Assembly (NCBI GenBank): GCA_001643675.2
Contig: LSRY02000011.1
Coordinates: 1,736,001 to 1,800,000, forward strand
Source of the DNA: Monocercomonoides exilis PA203
Taxonomy: Eukaryota; Protista; Preaxostyla
Direction: 5' to 3'
DNA length: 64,000 bases
The position numbers and the translations under genes were made by a program. Each line of letters starts with the position of its first letter. Position 1 is the first letter of the stretch. A model generated the notes under the pieces. The model was not told the DNA's origin and ran no database searches. It was given only the letters and a program-made list of their open reading frames with translations. Shown piece by piece: positions 1 to 10,608 of this stretch.

Positions 1-3000
1 ATCACATTCGACACTGGAACTTCAGTTTTGATGATTTTGTTATTATTTGCAGTGCCATTATCTACTTTCTCATCTGTCCATGCACGTTCCAAACTAAGTT
101 TGGAGTTAATGTTCTTGACAACGCCAGCAACGTCAAATTGTGTCGTGCCCAGAAGAAGATACGGCTCAATCTTTTTGTCTGACTGCTGCCAGTCACTGAG
201 CACATCGTCAGCATCAGCATCGCTTACACCCTGAAGCAGTCGATCGCGTATGCTGCTCATTTCAGCACTCCACTCAGGCGAGTCAGCTGGGTTGGTGCAC
301 AAGCCGTGGCAGCTGGCAAAAGAAAACGAAACTGAAATGTCTGCCAAAACAGGAAATGAGGCCAACTGTTGAGTCTCTGACGTGTTTGATCCAAGTGATG
401 CCTGTTGGAACAGCGTGGAGATATCCAACGAAGGAGGATTAAGACCCAACTCGAAGATGGAACAAACTGGTGTGTGGTCTGAGCAAGTGCATGTCGCATG
501 AGGTGCAGTGTGCGGTACAACAAGCTTCAGAGAAGACGATGGAAGACAGTTCGGCATGTCTGTAATTGTGATGTTCTTTGATTTTTCTTCTTCTTTATTC
601 GTTTTCAAAGAAGTATCCAATATATCATTCGAAGATATTGATTCTATTCTATTTGAACAACAAATTGAATGCTTTTGACATCCAAGACGTGACATCCAGA
701 CAATCCTGTCTGTGTACGATGGAGTCTGCTCTTTCTTGTTTGAATACACAAGTCCTGTCATAGCTGGATCACGATAATTTAATATCTCATTCGATCCAAC
801 ATTCTCCTTCACACAAAGTGCATTTGTTCTGCCAGCAACCATCCGATATGTTGGCAGATGGTTCAGTCGTCTTGGCTCGTTAAAGGCAAACAGAAGATGG
901 TGAAACGAGCGCTGTTTCCGCAGCTGGTCGCACCCAAGAAGCCAGCTCGATGCGGAAGCAACTGATCGCTGAAAAGAAGCTGGAGAATTTGAAATTTCAC
1001 TCTCTGATTTCTCCTCAACATATTCTGAATGAGCCTTTTTCTCTTCTGCCTTGCTGCTTTTGTTCTTCTTTTCTCCAAACTGTTGGGAAATAGCACCTGC
1101 TTGGCGATGCAAGCAGTCGAGAACAACTTGAAAAGGTCTGTCCAGTCTGTAGTTCATGTCGCCCACAAACAGAACATTCGAAGCCAGACAAGATATTCCG
1201 CATTTAGAAAGAATATGATGAATGTCTCTCATCCAATCTTTCAGCTGCGCATTCGGCTCGAGTGCAATTTTGGCTGAAGAAGATGTATATGAAGATGGCA
1301 AAGAAAGCATCGAAGAGGAGGAAGAAGGCAAAGCACTCGGATTGCTTGAATCTGCACTCCATTCATCTGAAGATGCACTCGAAAAAGTGCTGAGTGAAAT
1401 GGATGTGATTTCTTTTCCGTCGATTGAAAGTGTCAAAGGAATCTTTGTTTGAACGGGTGTTGATAGCATCGAGGTTGTTGGTGGCGATACAGCTCTTCTG
1501 TTATATGATGGAGGAGATGACTGAGGAGAAAAAGATGTTTTGAAGAGACCTTCAGAAGAGGAGGAAGAAGAAGCAGAAGCAGAAGAAGAGGCAAGCGATG
1601 AAAGCAAGTCAGCAACTGGAGAGAAAGCAAAAGCAGCCATTGTTGAATTCTCGCTTGCAGATGTTGAGAATGGAAAAGTCTTGTACAGTGACATCAGCGA
1701 CAGTGTGTTCAGCTTTGATGGGGTTGATGCTGCTGCTGGTGTTGCAATGTGCATCGGATCGAAAGAGAGAGCATTGGACGAAGACAAAGAGCCAGACAAT
1801 CCAGACAGAACAGATGCGATGTTGTCGTTTCTCTCCCATCCTCTCCAAGCAAATGCATTCAAATGTGCATTTATGAAGCAGATTGTGGTTGTGCCGCCTT
1901 CGATGGCGTTCTGTGGTGTGCTGTCATACAATTCAGTTGGAGAAGCTTGTGATTGCGAAGATGATTGACTTATAATATTTCGACTGAAGCGATGAGATTT
2001 CCTTACCCAGCTTTCTCTACCAGCACCTCCAATGCCCAAACAGATGCCTGTACCGCCTTTATTTCCCATCATCTGCATCTGCCCACACGCCTCAACAGAT
2101 GAAAGAGGAGCAGAAACAAACGGTAAAAGTGAGCGCACACAAAAGACATAACAGCGAATGCCCCACAAAACAGATGAGCCAACAAGAGAATGGCTTGGAA
2201 GGCATGCTCGAATCAATGAAAGAAGGTCAGATGGGTCAGATCCGTTGCGTTTTTTGTCTGTTTTGTCGGATTCATCTGCTGCTGATGAAGTTGGTAAGTG
2301 TTTGCTTTCTTTTTCTTTTGATTTAAAAGAAGAATCGTCTGACGAAGCAAACATGTCACTTCCCTTTTGCTTTCCTTCGCTTTCAGTCTGCACTTTTTCC
2401 TCTTCGTATGAAGATTCCTGGAATCCCAAGTAAACAATGTCGCAGTCAGCTGCAGAAATGTGAGGGGGCGTGTCAGATGTTGCATTCAACAGATTCTTCA
2501 GGTGTGCTGGATAAACGTTGCCCAAATTCCACGTGGCTGAAAAGATCGTAACAGAAGGCGGCAGAAAACGATAAACACACAAATCGCTCTTTTCTGACAG
2601 GTTCAATGAAGATTTAGACACAACAGAAGAAGATGATGAAGCAGAAGAAGAAGCAGAAGATGATGAGGGAGAAATGGCAACTGGAGAAGAAGTTGATGAT
2701 GTTGGATAGCTACCTTGCATTTCTTGTGTTTCCTTATTGTATTCATCTTTGATCTCCTGCAGCTTGTGAATTGTTTCGTCCAATCGAGCCTTCAAACTTT
2801 GCTTTTCCTTCTCATCTGCAATAGCTTCTGCATACAGCGAATTCTCCCCTGATGGTAATACAATACATTTCATTGGGAATTTTGGATCTCTTTTTTCTTT
2901 CTCCTTTTTCTTCTCTTTTTGCTTCTGCTTTTCCTGAAGAAGTGGCTGCTTCACAAGTCCTTCGTAATCGTCATCGTCTGCATCAGAAGTCGAACTCCAG

Positions 3001-4899
3001 TTAGAATTGCTACTATCTTCTTGCTTGGCTTTTTCTCTTTTGCTTTCTGCCAGAAATTCAAATGGATCAATCACAGAACAGAGCATTGTGCCTGGAGGGA
3101 ATACGTGTCGCATATCAGAAAGTGGAATAGAAAGTGTGGCGGAAGACGAAGAAGACCCAAAGATTGAAGATGCTGAAGATGTTTCATTCGGAAATTGATC
3201 TTTTGATTCAGATGCAAAAGAAGAAGGGAATGGAAGAGAAGTTTTTGGATCCAAAAACAGTTCGTTTATGATCAGGTCGCTTTCAGCTTTTGGTTTAAAA
3301 AGCATGCTGATTCTATTTGCAATCAGTTCTCCTTTTTCTCTTTCGTCTTCTTCTCCCTCTTTTTTGTTCAGTTTTGCCATCTCCTTTGCTTCGTGTGCCC
3401 AGAGCTCCTTCACTTTCTCTTTGTATTTCTTTTCAGTCATTTTTGCGGTTGTTGGCTTGTCGAAGAGAAATGGATTGGGCAGCGATGGATTGAAAAGAGG
3501 AGAGAATTCATCGAATGGAACAAAAGGAAAACGAGAAGAAGAAGACAGCGAAGCGGATGAAGCAAAAGATGAAAGCATTGAAAAGACTTTGTTTGAAAAA
3601 CTTGCTTCGCTTTTTGAAGAAGATGAAGACAAATGTGCAGACATAGCTGTCCGATTAGCATGTTCGTCTTTATAAACATAAGCAACTATTTCACTGCCAT
3701 TCCTCAACTCAAGATGTTTTGTGTCATCGCTCTTGCTTTTCTCTTTATCTTCTTGGAGACGATCGTGTTTGTTAGACCTTCTTTTGTTCTTTCTCTTCTC
3801 TTTTCTGATTTTCAGTGCCTGTTTTGTCTCACTGTGACTGAAAAACACTCCACAAACAATCATTCCGCAGAGCGGAGTGAAAATCGAGTGGAATATCGCA
3901 AACACAGACATTGTGGCAAAATGCTCTGAATTGATGTCTTCCTTTTTGGTCTCTGCATTCATGCCTTCCCATTCGGTGAAAAATGCTATGAAATGATCAG
4001 CTATCCACAAAAGATGGGTCAGAATAAATCCAATCACAACGGCTTAATAAAAGAGAAAAAGAATTCAAAACATTTTCTTCATAAAAAAAAATGGGGGGGT
4101 ATATGCAAACATGCAAGTTGAATGTTTATTGAGCGATATTTCTTTTTCAAAGAGCTGTCGTTCACAGAAATAGAGCGATGATGAGACAAAGTTATTGTAA
4201 TTCGAATAAACATGCTTCAATTAATCAAAGAAAACTCAAAAATGCATTCAATTAAATGAAAAGGTTGCAAACTACAAGCAAGCAACAATCACTGCGATGA
4301 TTACAAATTGACATGTGACAAGGCGTGACCAAATTTCATCAAAAAATACATCAGCTGGTTTGTTCTTTGCGTTTGTTCGGAAATAATATTCCAAAAATGA
4401 TAAAATGCAAGAAATAGCAGGATATGTCCAGCTAATTAGATGATATATTGGAGCATATTTCGCTGCCTAAAAAGCAAATTTTTCATTTATTTGAAAATTT
4501 TGGGAAAATTATGAATAAAAATAAAATTCATAAATAAAAGCACAAACCCTTTTGTATCTGGAAACAATCATCATATAACGATTTAATATGTAAAACATCA
4601 TCCAAAGCGAACTAGCTATTGCAAAATATTGCTAAAATATTGTTTCAAAACAATTACTTGAAAATCGAATTGAAAATTAAAAAAACCTGTATCAATGAAA
4701 TAACAGCCAATCCATTTTTAATAAAGTGTAAGATGAAAGTCATTGTGAAGAAGAATTCGCAAAGTGCAAATATACAAAGCAATTTTGTTGAGAAAACGTT
4801 GATTTTTTTCATTGCAGAAATGAAAACAATAACTACAGATCCAGAGCATATCATAGATAAAATAGAGATTGCGAGAGATAATATTTCTGAAGGAAGCAT
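1..4899 (-). CDS. 7TM GPCR-like receptor fused to an inositol polyphosphate 5-phosphatase (EEP/IPPc) domain; 3' end lies outside the window
   Basis: Manual model complement(join(<1..4042,4111..4214,4276..4466,4548..4631,4687..4899)), all GT-AG with consistent phases. The N-terminus gives 7 hydrophobic helices (QQYFAIASSLW..NRY, YHLISWTYP, TPLCG). The same frame then carries TWNLG (~2530), DIVYLGFQE (~2420), GNKGG (~2060), FINAHL (~1865), GDMNYRL (~1155), LPTYR (~840), PSYTDRI (~715) and SDHTPV (~475). The ORF track lists no stop-terminated ORF in this frame, consistent with it being open to position 1. Confidence 0.88.
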
Positions 4900-5112
4900 C
4901 CCTCCAGAAATTGAGAATTATCGAATTATAATTATTAAACCCTTTATCAAAATGAATTTCTTATCAATCTTAAAAACAAGTTTGAAAAATAAATACTTTC
5001 AGCGAACTGGATTCAAAAAGAAAAAAATAATAAATAAAACATCATTACATATGATGACAAGAGCAAAACTTTAAATCTGGAATAGAATTTCAGAAAAGAT
5101 TCCGAACACATC

Positions 5113-6230
5113 TTATCGAGAGGTGTCAACAGAATGAGCAGGAGAAGCATTCCTTGAGTTTATAAAGCGATTGTTAGAGAGCGACAGCTGGGAGACAGTC
5201 GACTGCGACTGGTGCGACGAGGAGGAGACAGAGCGAGCAGTGGATGAAGTAACCGAGGATGACCTTCGGATTGGGGATTTGCTCTGTACAGGGGAGCATT
5301 TCTGGGAGAAGAGCTGGACGAGCTGGGGGACAAGAGAAGGAGCAGTCGACGAGCGGGCAGGAGACGACAGCGACGGGGCATCGGGCGATGAAGAGGCGTC
5401 GGCTGTGCTGGGAGTGTTGGCAGTGTTGGTGGTGGTGAGAGTGTTGAGTGTGTTGGGGGTGCAGTGAGTGGCTGAGGATGAGGGAGATGTGGATGATGAA
5501 GAAGAAGGAGTTGGCAAAGAAGATGAAGATGACGATGAAATAGAACGAGTGTCTGAGTTGTTCAGAAAGAGCTGCTTCTTCTTCTGCACAATGCCCTCAG
5601 GGATGACGTGTGTATCCTTGTGGCTGAGGAGACGGGTGAGGTCTGAGATGCGCGAGGAGTCGATGCAGTAGTCGTTGAGCATCACACTCGTCGACACAAA
5701 ATACGACTGCGGCATCTGATTCAGATGGGCCAGCAGCTCTGCCACAAACCCCGCAGACACAGGCGGATGGGGTGCACATCCAAACAGAAGCTCCTCAAAC
5801 CCTTCGCGATAGAAGGCAGTGGTCGACATGGGGGGAAAGATGTCGCTGAGAGAGAAGGCAGAGTCTGAATCACGAACAACACGGACTGATGGAGAGGGGG
5901 AAGAGGAAGAAGAAGAAGAAGAGGAGGAGGAGGAGGATGGTGGAGAAGGAGAGGGGAATGGAAGAAATTGTTCCTCGGTGGAAGAGAAGAAAGGAAGGTA
6001 AGGCTCATTCCAGGGGGATGTGGGGGTGGGAGAGCAAGTGGAGAGGATGGGATGGACAGGAAGTGGATTGAATGGCTTTATTTGCGGAATCTGGCTGTTG
6101 GAGAAGGGAGAATAGCGAAGTGGAGAAAGCGGAGGAGAGCTGCAGAATTGGTCAGCATATGTCGAGGCCTGGTTGAGAGCGAACAAAGAAGAAGATGATG
6201 ATGATGAGGATGAGGAAGAGGAGGAAGAGG

Positions 6231-6261
<31 letters not shown>

Positions 6262-9200
6262 GCGATGGAAAGGCGGGCGATGGGGAGAAGGGCGAGCAGG
6301 CACAACAGCAGGCGAGGAACACAAGACAGACGGGCGATAGACAGTCCGCAGAGCAGCCGGGGGATAAGCGAGGGAAGAGTCCGGAAGCATCGGCGAAGAG
6401 ACAGCCTGCTGCGGGGACTCCACAAAACGAGGAGTGTTTTGAGGGGAAGGGAGGGACTTGGGTGTCTGTTGAATGAAGGCAGAGGAAGGAGAGAGCTGAA
6501 GGAGATTGGCAGACGAGGTGTCTGCAGACGAGGTGTGGGAGAGCGTGTCACAGTGAGAAGAGACAGAAGGGGAGACAACAGAAAATGATGAAGAGGATAA
6601 AGAGGAAGAAGAGGATGAAGGAGACTGAAGAGGGATCTGGTCTTTCCTTGACGGAGGAGGGACAGGCTGAGACTTGTGCATCTGCTGCTTCGGGGGTGAT
6701 ATCATCAGAGGAGGCGAATGCGTCTCTGAAATCTGCTGCTCATCGAAGATCAGCTCAGAAGAATCAGCCGAGTCAGACGAAAGATGAGAGGCAGAAATGG
6801 CAGGCGGTGGAAAGAACGAGGAAGAAGACAAGGCAGAAGAAGAGCAAGAGCAAGAAGAGGAAGAGGAAGACGAAGAGAATTCTCTTTGGATGAGGCGAGG
6901 AACAAGAAGAGAGTCAGAAGTGTCTGAGTGAGAGACACAGCTGGCAGAGTCGATGGCAGCCTCAGCTGATGCGAATGCAGATGACTCAGCCATTGAGAGA
7001 GAGGAAGAGGAGGAAGGGTAAGAAGAAGATGCTGTTATAGTGGTGGTGGTGGTAGAAGAAGAGGAGGAAGAGGAAGAAGAGGAAGAAGAGGAAGAAGAAG
7101 AGGAAGAAGAGGAAGAGGATGATGTAGAAGAAGAGCGGGGGTGTACTTTCAACACCATTGGCAGCAGCATCGAAATCTTTGCAGTGCGTGTGGTGGAGAC
7201 AGAGTCAGAAGAAGAGCGCATGAGATGGCTGGGAATGGCAGATGAATAAGGAGAAGAGGAAGAAGTGGACTTTGCTCTGTTGAACGAGGCATCTGGTGCA
7301 GCTGAGGCAGAAGAGGAGGAAGAGGAAGAAGAAGAAGAAGAAGAAGAAGAAGAAGAAGAGGTGGAGGAGGATGAGGAGGATGAAGATGGAGGAGGAGAAG
7401 AGGAAGAGAAGGAGATAGAAGCCATTGGTGTCAAAGGATGAACAGAAGAAGCAGAGAAAGGGGAATTGCCATAGACAGCGCTGTCAGCCGAAGAGAATGT
7501 TTGTGAATGGAATGAGTGATGAGAGGCAGAGTGGTCAGAAGAAGAAGAAGAAGGCGAAAGAGGGCTGCTCAGATTGAATGAAGGAGAATATGCTGAGCTG
7601 AGCTGGGGGGTGTGCGCAGAGGGAAGTTTTGGGCTGAGGGAAGGAGAGGCAGGAGAAAGAGAAGAGTTTTGCTGGATGGGCGAGGAAGGGAGGAGGGAAT
7701 GGTCAGCCAAGCACACATTGACTGGAGAGCCAAAGGAGTGTGTGTGGTTGTTGTCGCTTGTCAGATAAGACGGAGACAGAAGTGTTGGCGAATTGAGCGA
7801 TGAAGAGAAAGGAGAAGACATTGAGAGCTTCAGAATCTCCCCTTCGACTTCTTCTTCTTCGATGATTGGCCGTTGCACACCGTCGAAGAAGGAAGGCGCC
7901 TGAAGAAGAGAAAACTGCTGCTCAATCTCATTGTCTTCGATATTACTGTTATTATTGAAATTATTAGAAGAGTTCATATTGTTGATGTTCTTATTGCCAT
8001 GCGAACATCCATCTGAAGATGGCATGAACGACAGTGAGGCAGAAGAAGAGGCAGAAGTCGAGGCAGATGCCACAGCCATTGAGAAGGAATATGACTCAGA
8101 AAGAGAAGAAGACGATATTTTTGTTGAGGTTGGGCCAGAGGAAGAGGAGAAGTGGCGCGGAAAGAGCTGTTTTTTGTTGGTTTGTGGGGCAGCTTCAGTG
8201 TGTGCTCTTTTGAGTGTGGTGTGCTGCTGGTCATATGCCGCTCCTCCTGAATGAATATTCTGCTCTCTTTCTCTTTCTCTTTCGCCTTCTCTTTCATCAT
8301 CATCATCATCATCTATTTCAATCACTCCATCTTCGATATCTCCTTCTTCTCTTTCTCTTTCTCTCTCTCTCTTTCTTTCTCTTTCCTCTCTCTCCTTCTC
8401 AAAAGATCCTTCATTCTCTAACACATTCAATGATATCCACTGCCTGTCCAGCGAGTCGCTCATCTGAACTGAGTCATTTCTGCTGGGCGAATGAAGAGAA
8501 TGAAGAGAATGAGAGGAAGGAGAGGAAGGAGAATGAAATGAACGAGCAGAATGAGAAGAGCGTGTTGAGTTGGCTGTGTTGACAGTGTTGATGGAGGCAG
8601 AAGAAGGTGTCTGTGTCCAGCTGCTCAGCTGAGGAGACGAAAAGGCTGTTTGCTGAGAGAAAGAGCTGGCTGGTTGGAGATCAGCCAGCTGAAGCAGCGC
8701 CCAATCAGCAGTGTCTGGCAGGAGGGCAGAGTCAGATAAGAGAGAGGAAGAAGAGGAGGAAGAGGAAGAGGAAGAGGAAGAAGAAGATGATGGTGATGGC
8801 GATGATGCATTGGGAATGAATAAAGAGGGAGAAAGAGAAGGAGAAGAAGCAGAGAGGAGGGAGACAGACGAGAGTGATTTTTGAATGTCGCTGGCAGAAG
8901 GGGCAGGGGAAGGGCTGTCTGAAGGAGGAGAAGAGAAAGGAAGAGGGCTGGCAAAGGATGTGGTTGGATATGTGACTGGAGAGTTTGAACAGGAAGAGGA
9001 GGAAGAGAAAGAAGAAGAGAAAGAGGATGACGAGCGAGGGATGCTTTCTTGAGAAGAGCTGGCGAAGGAAGAGGAGCGTCGCAGATGACTTGTGCTATTG
9101 CTGTTACTGTTAATATTATTGTTATTATTATTATTATTAATGTTATGAGTGGTATGAATGTTATTGTTGTGAGGTGTGTTTTCAGAGGAAGACGAAGAGA

Positions 9201-10570
9201 GAGAGCGTTGGATGGGCAGGTTGACAGAAGAAAGAAGAGGAGGTGGAGTGGCAGCAGAATGAAGAGGACGGGAAAGAGGAGGACGGGAAAGGAGAGGGGC
9301 TGAGGAGGGGCTGGTGGAATATGCAGAGGCCAGGGCAAAGACAGAGGCTGAGGTTGAAGAAGAAGATGATGATGAGGATGATGATAAAGAAGGAGGAATA
9401 GATTGAGATGTGATGGAAGAAGAAGAAGAAGATGATGATGATGATGATGATGATGATGTGGTGGGGGTTGTGGGGGTGGAAGAAGAAGAAGAAGAAGAAG
9501 CAGTCAGATGATGTTGAGAGGATGAGAACTGTTCAGAAATTGAATGCCGCTTCAATTTTGATCTTTCGCCTTCAGTTGGACTGTTTTGTGGGAAAGAAGC
9601 AGAAGGAGAAGAAGGAGAAGAGGATGAAGAAGGAGAGGAAGAAGACGATGATGAAGACGATGAGGAGAGAGGAAGAGGAAGAGGAACAGTTTTTGGAGGA
9701 GGTTGGATGACTCGCTGGGGAGGAATCGAATTCAATAAAGGAGGTTGACTCGACGATGAAGAAGGAGGAGAAGGAAGAGAAGAAGAAGGAAGAGGAGGAG
9801 ATGGCTCGTCAGCATCAGCCAAATAGAATCCTTCGCCTTTCAAAGAGAGCTCGTCTTCTTTGTGTGGAATGGAAGTCTTTTGAGGAGAGAGAGAGAGAGG
9901 AGAGTCAGACAAGGCAGTCTGCATTGGAGGGAGAGGAGGGGTGTGCTGAGAGAAAGAGGAGAAGGACGAATGAGAAGAATGAGAAGAATAAGAAGAATGG
10001 GAAGAGAAAGAGGAATAAGAGGAGCGGGAAGAGTGAGGAGGGTAAGAGGAAGGCGGGGCAGACGGGAGAGGAGAAGGGAGGGGAGAGGCGCGGTTGGCAG
10101 AGGAAGAGCTGAGAGACGGATGGCGCGGGAGATGAGGCGCCGGCTGGGAGGAAGAGGCAGTGATGGAGGCAGAGGAAGGGGAGGAAGGAAACGGGGGGTG
10201 GTGGAAGTTGAATGGGGAGATGGAAGTGAGGTGAAGGGTGGGGGCAGGCAAGGGCTTGGTGAATCTGTTGATGAGGTTGTTGACTGTGCCTTCTTTGACG
10301 GTGTATCTGGTGGGCTTGTCTGTCGCATACGACGAGTGGGTGGTGCTTTCATGTTCAGCTGCTTTCTCTTTGTCTGATTCCTGTTTGGTTGGATGGTCAT
10401 TGAAAGAGGGGGAAGAAGAGGAAGAGGAAGAAGAAGAAGAGTAGAATGTGGTGGAATGCTGACCAGTTGTATTTGCATATGGAGTCTTGGAGGGAGTGTA
10501 TGTGAATGCAGAGGAAGAAGAAAGGGAAGAGAAGGAAGATGACGATGGAGAAGAAGATGAAGAAGAAGAA

Positions 10571-10608
<38 letters not shown>

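Noticed and set aside
4619-5074. 151-aa plus-strand ORF
   Set aside because: AT-rich antisense to the GPCR first exons, TTG start, no recognisable features.
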